64,000 nt of DNA from the human T2T-CHM13v2.0 reference genome, Homo sapiens, in the NCBI RefSeq assembly GCF_009914755.1, contig NC_060947.1; one strand, given 5' to 3'. The notes beneath the pieces are model-generated. The model did no database searches and was not told the origin of the DNA. It saw only the letters and a list, made by a program, of their open reading frames with translations. Of the stretch, positions 33,697-48,844 are shown in pieces (position 1 is the first letter of the stretch; each line of letters begins with the position of its first letter). A program made the position numbers and the translations under genes.

Positions 33697-34529
33697 TTGG
33701 GGAGCTATTTTCTATGGCTGACTTTGTTACCCATGTGACTGTTCATTCCCCCTCTCCCAAATTAATTATAATTGCTTTGGCTTCATATTTAAATGTTCCA
33801 TATATTGCCAGTTGTCTCCTGGGAAGCAAAATTGCCACCCTTTGAGAAATATTGGTCTAGATAAATAGATATCATTTAATTTTTTTGAGACAATAGTATG
33901 AACTTTTCTATCTGTATAGACATTTGATTCAGCCAAAGAATAAACTAGATTGTTAAATCTTATGTTTCTTATATAAGGTGTTACTCTCACGTTAAGAGCA
34001 CCCAAACTATCTAAATTCACATATTTACATCATTTTAGCCCTTAAGACATAGCCTGGGAGGAAAAAGTATAGCTTAAGAATGGCATAAGAAGATATATAT
34101 TTGTTCTTTTCTGAAATTTAGGAACATCAAATATTTTGCTATGAGACCTGTCTTCTTTGGAAGAAAAATTATCAGATTTGATTTTGATAATCTGGTTCTC
34201 TATTGGAAAACATAAACATTCAAATGACTAAGCTTCATATAGGGCTCTCTAGCAATGTTTTGTTTTCTAGTCCGCTTACACATTATGAGTATAATCTTTA
34301 ATAATGTTGAAGATCCTTTGGCTTAAAATTCAAACTACCTCTTCTTATGTTTAGCTTATTTTTCTGGCAGTACCACTGTGGTTTCAGATAATTTTCTTTT
34401 CCTTTTACTCTCTCATTTCCAAGTTTCAGTTATTAAATTTTGGCATTTGAGACCCAGAATCCTGGTAGTAAGACTTTTGTTTAATTTTTTTCTCCCAAAA
34501 ATTACATTTGATTTTAATTATGTCACATG

Positions 34530-34861
34530 CACAGAGAGCGCTCCTTATCCATGTGTTCTACATCCATGTATTAACCGACTGTAGATTGAAAATATTCAGA
34601 AAAAAATAATAAGTAGTTATATACCAATAAAAATATTATAAATAAAACAATATAACACAGCATGTGTTATACTGCACAGTATTTACATTCTATTAGGTGT
34701 TATAAGTAATTTAGAGATGATTTAAAAGTATATGGGAGTATGTGCATAGATTATATACAAATACTACAACATTTTATTTAAGAAATTTGAGAATCCTCAG
34801 AATTTGGTATCCGTGGGGGGGGTCCTGGAACCAATCCCCTGTGGATACTGAGAGATGATTG
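34530..34861 (-). mobile_element. MER2/MER2B (TcMar-Tigger)
   Basis: TATAAGTAAT.TAGAGATGATTTAAAAGTATA...GGTCCTGGAACCAATCCCC.GTGGATAC.GAG. Confidence 0.85.
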
Positions 34862-34870
34862 TGTGTCTGT

Positions 34871-34908
<38 letters not shown>
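34860..34908. repeat. (TG)n microsatellite
   Basis: Read directly; interrupted at its 5' side. Confidence 0.9.
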
Positions 34909-34911
<3 letters not shown>

Positions 34912-34929
34912 ACATGTTGCTTGTTGGCT

Positions 34930-35350
34930 TTATTAGCTACTATCAAGTTTTTATACTGCAGCATTTTTTAATTCATGATTTTGATAACTCCCTCACTTAC
35001 TTAGAGTGCTTTTTGAAAGATTTTGTTCAAGAAAAATACATGGGTAATATGTTTTCTAGGATTCTCTAAATTGGAAGATATATTCCACTTCTGTAATTTC
35101 TTGGCTGAAAATTCAATTATTGAATCACAACCATTCTTTGAAAAAAATCTGTGGGCACTGCCTCAACGTTATTTGACTTTTAATGTTGCAAAGGAAAATG
35201 ACAATTTGGATTTTTATTCTTTTGAGTGCAACTTGTTTTTGCTGCCTAGAAGTATATTATACTTTTTTCTTTGCCTTTGTCGTTTAAATCTGTGGCCAGA
35301 ATATGTTCATTTTTGGTTGTATTTCATAAATATTGCCTTAATAAAGATGA
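34930..35350 (-). mobile_element. HAL1/old L1 fragment
   Basis: TTCAAGAA...CATGGGT.ATAT..., TTGGCTG..AATT.AATTATTG..TCACA, TAATGTTGC; may extend to about 35800. Confidence 0.55.
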
Positions 35351-36089
35351 TCTCTATTTTACATTATATATTCCTCTGCATACCCCCAATATATCTATAT
35401 CAATTTATGAATCAATTGCATGTTTTACTCTTACAATATATCTGTAATTGATATCAATAATTAATACATAGAAATTAATAAATATATATACAAGTAGATG
35501 AAGTTAAAATTAATGAAAATTGAACTTCTGATATATTCTTTTATGCTGCAAGGGATTAATCAATGCGATGTCTAGGAAGGTGCCCATCCTCCTTTGAAGA
35601 CTATGGTCCTGGAACACCGAGGATCCTTAAATATGCATGTTTGGGTGTTATTACTTCCCTGGAAAGTTTTCAGAAGTTGTGTGTTTAATTCTGGCGTTGA
35701 TTTTAACTGCTCTTGTTCCATCATTCCAGAACCTCTATAATTCTTAGGTGGGCTTGTTTTTCTGTGCAAACTTCCATCATCTTCTCTCTCTTATTTCTTC
35801 TTTTCCTAAAATTTTAATTGTGGTAAAATACACAATATACCCTATTTCACCTTACTTCCCTCACCCTACCCCACCTTCTTGCAGAAACTTATTCCTTTCA
35901 CAATTCATTATATTTTTATATGTATCATTCTACTCAATTTTCTCTGTGTATTGTGCTTATATATGTTTGCATAAATTATACTCTATATTGTTTTCTGTGC
36001 TTCGTAATTGTGACTTAATCATATATCTAGGAAATTGTTTATGAGTGTATATTTAAATATGACATCATTTAAAGTAATCCTTGAAAATA

Positions 36090-36650
36090 TTTTAATACTT
36101 CTTTTAGTTTTATAAATAGATGTGAGTGGTTAAAAATTCATCAGTGTAGAATGGTATAACATAAGAAGAAGCCATCAAATGCTTCCACTTCCATCTGGCA
36201 CCACCATTTTTATTTCCAGGAATAAACACATTTGAGACTTGCCTATCCACTTTTAACATAAAGTATCTACGCATATACAGACATATGTCTATTAAGTAAC
36301 TGGCTTCTTTTTTTTACATAAATCATATCAATGTGTCTCTGCACATATAGATTTCTTTATTTCCCTTTATTTGCTGCATAGTATTCCATACGATGGATAT
36401 ATTTTCCACTTAATCACGAAATTAACCATTCATTTTGTTATGGGTGGTTGGCTCATATACAAATTTTGTTATTAAGATGCATGATATGGTGCTTATTCAT
36501 TTACACCTATTTTTGCATATTGGTAGGAATTTAGCAGTGGAATAAATTTCTAGTAGCCAAGTTCCTTGGGCAAAAGGTATGTGCAGTTTGTTTCTAGATA
36601 TTTCCAAATTATTCCCCCAATTTTTACACTATTTGATGCAGCATAAATTT
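36090..36650 (-). mobile_element. L1ME-like fragment
   Basis: GCTGCATAGTATTCCATA.GATGGATAT, TAAATTTCTAG, GGGCAAAAGGTATGTGCA.TTT, CCAAATT. Confidence 0.55.
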
Positions 36651-39600
36651 GCTTCTTTGCTCTTTAAGTGCAAGTTTTAATTTTTCCATTTTATTTTTCT
36701 TTCTGGATTTTTTCTCATTTCTTGGCATCTCAAAATGTTCTCCTTTTGTGAGACCTAGGTCTTCTCTTACATCCTATTTGGGTAAGCAAGTAGTCTTGAA
36801 ATAATTTCCATAATTCTTTTTTTTCTCTAAGGTTTGGGATCAGAGTCACAGTTTATGGTTTTGAAGTAGTTTTTTAATTGCGTACGTGCATGTGTGAATT
36901 TTTCTTTTGACTATTTCTGGAATATACACCTTAGTTTAGTTCTCACTAAAGATAACTTGTTTGTCTTGTTCTTGGCTTTGTATACTCTCCACTTGTGTAG
37001 AATTGTAAAAGAATGTTATACACACACACACATAGACACAAAGCTCAATCTCATATTACATTAGCTCAGAAGTCAAAGTCCTTTAAGAAATGGGTGAAAT
37101 GGTGGTAAACAATTTATTTTTCATCCATACTTAGGAAATGCTCATTCCCCATACTACAGGTTGAAAAAGAACTTCAAATTTCTCTTTTAAACATCCCATA
37201 TAATAGAATTGAACCTTAATAGTAAGATAATTATTAATGTGCATATGAGTAAGTTTATTATTTAATATCCTTAAATTAGCACCTGCATTTCAAGGTACAG
37301 AATTTGGGTTAGGTTCCAGTTTGATCATTTATTTAAGAACATGTTGAGCTTATAGAAGGAAAGTGAGCCTTTTTTCTCTCTCAGAAGACAGGCAACAACA
37401 TTAAAGGTCTGAAAAAAATGCTTTTTGCATAAAATAGTTTACTTAATTGAACAGTTTTTTGCTCCCCTTAATTCAGTTCTTTTACCTAGTAGAGAAAATA
37501 AACCTTAGGAATTAAGTTATAGTCTCTAAGGACAGCTTCAAAACTTCACAACTCATTGAACTGGCATAATATCAGAGAGACTTGCACTTGATTTTATTTT
37601 AAATCCTCTAGTTCTTTGCCTATAAGATTGGCATTGATTTCAGCGTAGCTTTCAAATGGGCCCAGGTTGCAATATCTGTCTATCAGGGATACAAGTACTA
37701 ATGTGATAAAAATAATAAAGCAATCTGTGCGCTCTTAGTGATTGTGTCCTTATGAGATTTCATTTTCCTTTATACCATGAAATTATTTAGTAAAGCCATC
37801 TATCATAAAGAGTGCTGTTAGAAATACAATTTTCTCATGACGAATGATGTAAAAGTAACCTTTTTCAGGACAATTTATTGATTAATTTGATAAACATGTA
37901 TTTTGTGCCTTTTATTCTTGGGGCACCATATTAGGCATGTACTAAAAAATACGAAGCCCTTTTAATTCTTTGAAATGGGTTAGATGGTGGGGCTGCATAA
38001 TGGCACCAATATTAAATAGACATTAAGTTAATTAAGGTGCGTTACCTTAGTTTTCAAACATATATACACATAGGTCCCCAATTTAGAGCAAAACAGAAAT
38101 TTTACAATTAGACTTCTAATGAAACTTGCAATTTTTGTTAGAATAAGCCAATCTTTAGCATTTATAATTGCCAAATTATGTTTCTCTGCTTTTCTGAGGA
38201 AATACATGGTTATGCTTTGTTTTCTGAAGCATAAATGGATGTTTTTACTTATTAGTCACTTGTGAGCAGAAGGTATTACTCTCGTTCCTTTTATTTCCTC
38301 TTCTTCCAATTAGCTGACAGATCAAGAATTCGAAAGATGAGAATGCCTTGAGGTATTCAGATGTCATCTACAACAGGGAAGAAGGGTGACTGTGAGAGTG
38401 CCAAACTTTGCTGCTGGAAGGCAGTGTTATTTCTTGACCAACTCATGTGCATTCTAATAGTCAGTGATTTTGCTTCCTTATGTGGCTTTGCAAAATGATC
38501 GTCCTCTGCCAACTCTCCCCCCTCCTCTTGTTGTTGCTTTTGGTTTCAGTCTGTATGACACAGGAGCGATTTTAAAGCCTTTCATGGCCAGTATTGTATA
38601 TAAAGAACTTAGTGGTTGCAATGTATCAATTAAGCAAACCCAAAAGTTATCTTTATACAGCTGTAGATATTGAATGCTAAAACACTGTTTTATCAAATAT
38701 TTGGTTCTAATATCATCATCTAAATTTTAATGTAAACGTCTACATTAAACTTTTACTGGAACAGTTACAGCTGATTTGAGGTCTACTCCTCTAGATTAGT
38801 GACATTTTCTATTAAGCATGATTTATTTTTTCTTTACCTGTAATCATTTAGGCACCACAAAGGAAACCATTGTTATTATAGTCTAGAGACTAGAGCTTGT
38901 TGGAAGCTTTCTGAATGTTTTTCCACAAGAGGTGGCCAACTCAATTAGGACTGGTTCAATTTTTGTCAGGTTTAGTTTGGTTGCAAATTCCACCTTTTGG
39001 TTTGTAAATTGATTGCTGCTGTGATATAACACAATGACCAATGGGCAAAAGCTAGGCCAAAACAGTGACCAAACAGTTGAGCTTGTGGAACTGGTCTCCT
39101 TTGCCCAGTTACATGAACACTGCAATAGTTTCTAACTTCTGCCACTCAAAATATGTGAAGCTTCTCTACCAAAGACAAGGCTCCCTTTGCAAAGATCACT
39201 TGGTAGCTCCATCCTGCTGGAGTTGGTGTAACCGTTCATGATTTAAGTCATATAAAATAGGCACTGAAGCTTTATATACTATTGGCCACAATCAGTTTCA
39301 TAAGTCTTATATTACTCTTTCAGCCTCATAAATGTTCAATCTCAAATCTAGTATTTAGATTTATATATAACTTCCTTTCCTTCTTTACCCTTATATCTAC
39401 ATACTGTTCTAAATCAGAACTCTTTAATTTAGTCCCCTTGGCCAATGAGAAAGTTAAGCCATTAAAAAAAAATTCTACTTTCAATACATAACAAATTTTC
39501 TTCTTATTCTTTAAATTAAAGATCTCCCCCTAACCCTTTACCTTTAAATCTTTTGTCTTTCTAGGCTCACTACTTTGGTGATTTACCTATTCCCATGACC

Positions 39601-41808
39601 TTACTCATCATTACAAGCACTTGACATTTAAATACCTAGATCAAACCATTCCTGAGTTGCACATCCCAACTTCTAACTTCCTTATGAACATCACTAGTTG
39701 CCTGACTATATATTGACATGCACAATTGAGAGTGTTACAGTGCAGGCATGCACAGCCTAACAAGCAAGATACACTCACTGAATGAATGTTAAAGTGGAAA
39801 AAGTCTTCCACCTTAAAGATTATTTTAAATAATCCCTAAGGGGTGTAAAAATCATCTTTACTTACATTTTAATTTGTAAAGAGGAGAAAAATATTGATGA
39901 AGCAGTTAGAAATCTTGTGCCTGAGAGAGAGCGTCCCTCACTTTTGGTCCCTGTAGTGTGTCTCTTTTCAGTTACAGTAAGTGGCTTCCCACATTCTTTT
40001 CTCATAAGGGCAGTGCGGCCAGATGGCATGCTACTTACTTATTGAGAAACAAAAGAGAATTTCTTCCTTACAAATGTTATCTAAAATGTAGTTTTGAAAG
40101 TCTCTTAGGTAAAGATCTCCTTTATAAAATGTAATATATAATTATAAGCTGGTGGACTTCTTTTTGATCTCTAAGATTATTTTGGGTATACTTAGATTAC
40201 TGACAACCCTTAGTCAAGAGCCATTAGTTCCGTAGCCATTAGTTAATTATTACTGTATATAATTATTAGTTAGCTAATGAAGTGTAGGTTATTATTAATT
40301 TGGGGGGCTGAGATACAAAGTAACATCAGGTATAAGGAGTTTATGGAAGTTCAAAAATGCAAATTGTGAGTTATTTCATACTCATGACTTATCATATGGA
40401 AGTTCTGGTCCCGCCACTTCCAGACTCTATGATCTCAGGCAGGCAAATAATTTATGTCCCTCAGCCTCTTTAACCCAAGCGCAAAGTGGAATAATAAGAT
40501 TGGCCTCACAAAACTACTTTGAGGAAAACATTAGAAAATACATTTGTAAGATGATTCTATAATAACCAAGGGAAATTGTTAATAAATCACAGTATTCCCA
40601 TAAAATAACATGAGTTAAGCATTGTGTAGAAGGAAAATAAATTTCAAATATATAATAAATATGGAAGCAATGCTCAAAATTCAATTTTATGTGAAAAATG
40701 CAGGAATCAAAATTCTACAGAGGTTATGCAAATTTATGTGTATACTCACATATGTGCACATTTGTGTGCATGTGTGTGCACATACACATATAGAGATGGG
40801 ATGAGTGCAGAGGCAATAACAAACCAGGAACAGTGGTGGGAATACATGTTATTTTCTTTATATGTTTCTTTAGAAGTGATTAGTAGTCAGACTTATTAGG
40901 TGTTGTATACACTTTTTAGACTAATTTATTGAATAAAAACAAAAGCCATTTTTAACAATGGAACAATTGGAATTTGTTGTTTTCTATAGTAAAAGCTGTC
41001 TATCTTATCATTCATTCAGCCCTCATTCTTTGACATCTGTATCAAACCCGTATGCTGTATGGTTAAGCCAACTAATGGACAGTACATCCTTCAATAAGGA
41101 GGAAGTCTAAAACACATAGCTTCCAACTTGCTTTAAACCAGATCTTGTTGGTGTGAAGCCACTGTATAGTTATTTTTATTTATTTATTCATTTAAAAGGA
41201 TTTCCAAGCTGGGGTTTTGGTTACTTATTAAAACCTACAGAGACAAACATGTGTTTGAAATTAATTGTGTTATTCCAGATTTTTCTTATACCATTACATC
41301 ATGCTCTTTCCCAATCTGGCTTCCTGAATTTTCTTCTTAAAGTTACATGATTTTTAGTCTCATTCTCAAGAGACTTGGAAATGTAAATTGAGTTATTCAG
41401 GCAAAACACTGAATTTCAAGACATTGTTAGAAGCCAGCTTCCCATTATATAGAAAGCTTTTTTTTTTTTTCAGTGTAGGCATTTTTGCTCAGTTTTTAGA
41501 AGATTTAGAATGTAATACTTGAATAGCCAAATACTGATTTCTTAATCCTATCTATTCATGTACATTAATTCCTATGATGATGTTTGTTAGGTTTACAATC
41601 TTGGCTGGTCTTGGTAAGGTAGATTAAAATATTATAGGTTTTAGACTCTCACAGCAGTAATGTCCACCGTTTTTCTCCCTAGTGTTAATTTTTTTTAATA
41701 CTAAGAAATTGTATTCTTAGATATTCGGGAATGCAAATTTTATACTGTAGCACTATATATTTCGGTCTTTGGATAGACAATATTTTGGCTTATTTTTTTC
41801 AATTCATC

Positions 41809-42348
<540 letters not shown>

Positions 42349-42749
42349 TAAACTATGTAAGCAAGCTTCACTTTTTTTATAAGGATTTAGAAATGAACAA
42401 AATGGGTACACAAAGAACAGATTCTTTATTTAACAAACATTAATTCATTGAACAAATATTGAAGTGTATACTTTGTATCAGTTATCATGTCAATCATACT
42501 AGAAGAAATAAGTTCCAATTGTGTCAATTGGATGTTCTAACTGTTCTTAACTTCTATGATTCATAAGTTTATAACTCCCTAATAAATCTTTACATATAAT
42601 TACGTTGGAGTATCACAATAATGAATAATACCATTTTGCTTATATAAGCTTTGTGAATGTGAAACAAAAAGCAACAACAGCATTGAAGTTAGAAACTCTT
42701 GAAATAATTTTCTACAAAAATTTATCCTTTTTAAAAAAACTAACTTTTT

Positions 42750-42822
42750 AAGCTAAGCAGAGTTCGGCCTGGTTAGTACTTGGATGTGAGACCACCTGGG
42801 AATACTGCGTGCTATAGGCTTT
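42750..42822 (+). pseudogene. RNA5SP: 5'-truncated 5S rRNA retropseudogene (nt ~49-121)
   Basis: AAGCTAAGCAG.GT..GGCCTGGTTAGTACTTGGATG.GAGACC.CCTGGGAATAC.G.GTGCT.TAGGCTTT (about 8 differences in 73 nt); A-rich tail 42823-42840; degenerate TSD ...CTAACTT. Confidence 0.93.
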
Positions 42823-43887
42823 AATAAAACAGAAAGAAAACCCTAACTTAAAATATATATGTAAGTTCTTAAAAAGCATATCTTGCCATAATTTATGAAA
42901 ACCCTTATATATATAATTTTTATTGTTTTTCAGCCACATAATACCAGTCTAAAAAAGCACATGTAGAATATTTATATGTAGTATATATATACATTCAACT
43001 ACCTTGCATATCCAGTCTCATGAAAAACAAATCAAAAGGGAAAGAGAAGTATAGAATTTTCAGTGTAGTTAAGCCACACTGCTTTCCCTGATTTTGAAAA
43101 ATCACTTAAGACATAGGTTTTACTTGTTTCCTTGGCCAGGGTATGATGGATTACCTGTTTCACAACCATCTCAGTAACTAACAACTGCCAACTACAGAAC
43201 CGTATTGTTCTACCAAAGGAAAACCATCATGAGAAGATAAGATGTTTTTCCCCTACCCCATTGAAACTTCTAAATTACCTATAAAATTGTCATAATGTAT
43301 TAGTAATTGGAAAATTCTGAATGATTTTTGTTTATAGTCTTAAAATATATGGATGAAAAAAGAAGAAACAGTTTTGGCAAAACAAGCTCAGAATTCTTGA
43401 TGAAGCTGTTCCTTGGAGTCAAAGGGAGTGTGATGCCATTGCCACTCAAGGTTCTCCTTCGTAATCTCTAGCAGATAATCTATAAATCCCAATGACCTAT
43501 AAGAGCAAGACAAGGACTGCAGGTGCTCAGGCACCATGATATCATTAGCAATAATCAATGCATGGCTGTGTTTTCTCACTAATACATGGGTAGAGTACCA
43601 AATTATTGAGCAATACTAGATCTCTCTTTTATCGAGCTCATTAGTCTTGGAAGAATTCATTAATCTTTTAAGCTTAGAAGAAAAATGTAACCTAGGATTT
43701 GGCAGAACGATCAATGAGACATACGTGAGAGAGTGTGTGTGTTCAAGAGGAAGGTAAGGAGAATTGAAAGTTTTAGCATTGGATTTAGCATAGGATTTAA
43801 GTGGACCCATCTGTATTTGGGGATGAGGGGGAGGTCATACACGAGGCTGCCAACATGGGTGGAGACAGAAAACAAATAACTCTGAAA

Positions 43888-43889
<2 letters not shown>

Positions 43890-43930
<41 letters not shown>
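43890..43930. repeat. (GT)20 microsatellite
   Basis: Pure run, read directly. Confidence 0.95.
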
Positions 43931-43932
<2 letters not shown>

Positions 43933-44469
43933 TTCTGTAACAGTTTAGGGTTTTAATTTTTTTCCAGAAACCCTAATCAACATAATTAACTTTCTAGCCT
44001 CAGATCTAATTGGTCACTACATCCTGTCATGGCCACCACCAAATTATATCTTATTTACTTCCTTCTTTTATGCCTACTGCCGGAAACTTATTTCAAAGAT
44101 ACCTGTATTTTCATCTGAACTGTTGTAATAACCTACTGACTGGCTTCTCTATTATTTTCCCGTGTTCATCACTTATATTGACTTCCTTATTTAAAAGCAG
44201 TCCAGATCTATTCATTGCCTACCCATGAAATCCAAACTTTTTGGCATGAATTTGAAACAATAATAATTATTATTATCATTTATTAAGAAACTTACATTGC
44301 TAGACATAAAACATGAGTATCTCCAACTCCCAAACTGAGCTTTGAAGATAGGGTATTGTTATGTCTTGCTTTGCAGCAGAAGACCTTGATATACAGAAAG
44401 ATTAAAGATCTTTCCAAGTTCAAGGAGCTGGTGTAAGAGACGGAACTAAAATTCAAAACATGTGCTGTG

Positions 44470-44826
<357 letters not shown>

Positions 44827-46124
44827 TTACACCTGGTTCTGTTTAAACCTGACCCATTTCACCTTTATAGATTCAGCAACTACCAGTCTCACCTTCTCGT
44901 ACATCTTATACATATTTAGCTTTACCCACCCGCCATGATTTAAATCTCTCATACTTTTTCCCATCCTCATCCTGTTGGTCATGCCCTTCCTGCTGTTGTT
45001 TCCTTGATCTTTAGTAATTTTCATTTAGATAACATCTACTAATCTCTCCAGGTTCTGTGCAAATGTCTCTTCTTCTCTGAAGTCTCTTTTAACCTATTGA
45101 GTTTTCCCCTTACCCATGCAATATTTCCAGAGCATGTGATACATACTTCTATTGCTGCACCAATCTCATTTTTGTAGTTATTTATTTGTGTATCCATAAG
45201 TCACCATGACTGCTTGAAAACAGAGCACTTTTCTTCTTACTTTGTTGTTTATGACACAGTGATTGTCCCATCAAACATGCTCATACATATTGAATGAGTG
45301 AATTCTCTACCCATCTCAAACCAATGCGTTATGGCAATGGCACACACCATTAGTTTTTGTAAGTAACTTTTGAAAGTTAAGCCAAAAGTATCTTCATGTT
45401 AATTAATAGTGCAATTTTGCACGTGTTGGAATAGTTGAGAATTGGTTATTCTTAAGATTTATTTCCTGCCCAAACACCACAGCTCCATATTTCACGATTT
45501 TCCAATATAACTTATCATCTTGGCTGTAAAGAATACCTTAATTTTGGCCTTAGGTAGGATAGATATGTTTGATTGGACTTTCTCTGACTGATTAGGTTAA
45601 TTTGTCAGCTGGACTCACGGTTCTTCTTTAGTTTTCTTCTATTCTACACTTATGATAACTCTGTGTTTGGATATTTCTTTGTTTATTACAGATATTAAAC
45701 TTGTAAATTTAATGATTCTCTGTAATTTTTCAGAGCCCATCAGCCCAGGTGTCTTTCCACATACTGATGTAGTAACTGTGAGTGCCTTTAAAGCTCTTGT
45801 ATCTAAACCATAGCTCTGTTATGGTTAGCCTCTGCTTCATTCATTTAAAACCTATTTTGTGTAGTCACTATTTGCAAAGTGTTTAGCTAAGATAAACCAC
45901 GTACTTTCCCTGTTCTTGAGAAATTCATAGTGTATCCTTTGGTTTATGATCTAGCCTAGGACTCAATTAGAACATTAATTTTGAAAAGTTAAAGGAGACC
46001 TCTTTGGAGATTATGCGTTTGTTTTAGTTGTGCTATTAGTGAGTTTAATCATATAATTTTGCTCAAACAAATTTCTTAAGGGTCTACTACGGGCCTGCAG
46101 AGGGGGACCAAGGGCTCAGAATAA

Positions 46125-46370
46125 ATTGATGTAGTGGTTACAGATGCTGGCACTGGATTAAACCTGGATGTGACTCCTGGCTTCCCCCATACTTGCTGTG
46201 TGATGCCCTGCAAGTTACAGTAACTATCTGAGTTTTCTCTTTGACATATGAAAAATGTAAATAATAGTATTTCCCATATAGGTATTTGGTGACAATTAAA
46301 TGAGATAATTAAAATAAGCATAGGACATTATATGACCTTTGCTAAACGTCCAATTTTTGTTGTTTAATTA
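46125..46370 (+). mobile_element. MIR SINE
   Basis: GTAGTGGTTA...ACTTGCTGTGTGA..CCTGCAAGTTAC...ATAATAGTA...ATTAAATGAGATAAT. Confidence 0.7.
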
Positions 46371-46579
46371 TTGAGTTTTCAATAAATATTTGCCAAATAA
46401 AAAACTTAAGGAAAATAAACACTGAAGTTATTGTCATGACTTTCATGTATATCTCCATTCTTGAAGTTTTGACAGAGTTATAAAAATTGAACTCCGAGTT
46501 TTGGCTCAAGAAACCGCTGTTAATCTGATATGCATAAATCTTGAATTAAGGTTTCCTTTACTACTGTTACTATTCCTAC

Positions 46580-46790
46580 TGATAATATCTTTTTATAGCA
46601 TTTATATTTTAATGTATATTTCCCATTACCTCCTAAAATCCTTAGAGCAATCCCTGTGAGGGCTGGTATTATTTTCCTTTATAGATGAATAGACTAACAT
46701 GTGCAGGGATTAAGAGTCTTGATCTACGCCATTTGGCTCATAAATGGCCAGCTCAGTCCTGGAACTCCCAGGTGTCCTACTCCTGTACTT
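46580..46790 (-). mobile_element. MIR SINE
   Basis: AATCC...CAATCCCTGTGAGG..GGTATTATT..CCTTTATAGATGA. Confidence 0.6.
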
Positions 46791-48844
46791 CTTGCCTCTC
46801 TTCCCTAAATTTTGGTTAGTTGAAAAGTGGACAATTATCATCTTCTGGAATCTTCTGTATGTAATGTAATATAGTTACAGTGTGTTTATATAGAGTGGAA
46901 TATAAGGAGATGGAGATTACTGGCCTAAGGATATGTATAGATATAAATGGAATGTGCACACACATTTTAAATGCATGCTAAGTGGAACATGGAAGTTTTT
47001 CATATTGACTCAAAGTGTGGTTTATTTGAAGACATTCAATTATAAATGTCAAGTCAACTTGCATTCAAGTAAATTATTATGTCCCTACTCCTAAAATTTT
47101 TAATACAAAGTCATCTGGCCAATGCTTATCTCTTCAGACTCATACCCCGTCATTTGTTCTTTTTTTCAGAATCACCATATGATTCAGCTGTATAGAAGTA
47201 TTGTGGTGAATACTTGTTTCATACTTCTGTCTTATTATATTCCCTCTATCAGTGTACTCCCTGCCCCTTCTGCAACTCTTGTTTATCCTGGGAAATGCTG
47301 GATGATCTTTGAAGATAGCAAATGCTTGCCCCCTCTGTGATACCATCTTTCAACTCTGTAGATTGAACATTTTCTGGCACTTATAGCACTTTAACTGTCC
47401 TATCACATTAAACAATGTTGATCTAAGTCAATCTGGGATTCCTTAGCTCTAGTACAAAACCTGGTACAAATGTGGAAACAATTAATATTTGAATTGGGCT
47501 AAAAAACTAGGATACATGTTTCTTTGGGAATTTGCTGAAGGAAAATTAGAAGTAAAAAAATTGAGCAACTTTCTAACTGTTTTCTTTCAACTCCAAGTGT
47601 TCATTCAATCTGCACATGTTCCTGAACACCTATGAAGTCTCTTCTCCTAACCAGGGATCCAGCAGTAAATAGAACATATAACAATCCTACCCTCATGGAA
47701 AATGTTTTCTAATGTAAAGAGATATACAGTAAGTAAGATAAATATATGAAATATCTTACATGGTGATAAATGTTTTAGAGAAAGATAAAGCAGGAAGGTA
47801 GAATATACAATACTGAGAGGAACTTGCAGTTTTAAATAGGATGGGCAAGGAAGACTCTGCTGAATAGGTGATATTTGAGAAAGAGGGGAAGGAGATAAAG
47901 GATTGAGGTATTAGGATGTCTCAGGGAAGAGCATCCCAAATGTAACAGCAAATGCAAACAACAAGAGAAATGAACACGTATGTCATGTTCAAAGAAGAGC
48001 TCAGAGGCCAGAGTGGCTGGAGCACAGTAAAGAATGGAGGAGAAAAAGAAGACAAGTTCATAAAAATCCATAAAAATCATGTAATGTCTTGTAAGTTAAA
48101 AGATTGATAGTTAATATGAGTAAAATGGGATGTGAATGGAAGGTTTTGAAAAAGGCTTAATGTCATCTAACTTAATATTTTGAAAGGATAACTCTGGCTT
48201 TTATATTGAGAATGAAATGAAAGAGGGTTGGCACAGAAGATTGAGGATAGGAACAAGGGAAAGAACAGGGAGACCAGTTATGAATCCATTGAAATAGTTC
48301 AGGCCAGAAATGATGATGACTTGGTTTATGATGGTAGCAGTAGAGATAATGACAGGTGGTGGGTTGTGAATATATTTTGAAGATAAAGATAAGAGAATTT
48401 CCTAAGAGAGCATATATATGTGAAAGAGTCAAGTATGAATCCAAGATTTTTGTTTTAAGCTTTTGAGAGGATAGAGTTGCCATTTACTGAGATGGGAAAA
48501 ACTGCAGAAGGAACAGATAAGGGGGAAGGTCAGGAATTCAGTTTTTGACAAATTAATTTTGAGATATGTTTAGTCATCAAAGTGAAGTTTCCAAATAGGC
48601 AGTTTGTCATTAAATCTGGGGTTCAAGGAATCATTCCAGGAAAGATGAAATTTAATGCTATGGGCCTGGATTAGGTTACCCAGGAAGTGAGTATAAACAG
48701 AGGAGAGAAGAGATCCAAAGACTGAATCTTGGGGCATTTCCACATTAAGAGGCTTGGGAGATGAAAAGGAACTGGTTAAAGAGCCTAAAAAGAGAGTGAA
48801 CAGTGAGGTGAAAGGAAGACAAGGATAGAAGTCAAGAAGAAGTT

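Noticed and set aside
35023-35451. 142-aa ORF
   Set aside because: It lies in the antisense strand of a HAL1/old L1 fragment, is F/L/I-rich and has no recognisable domain.
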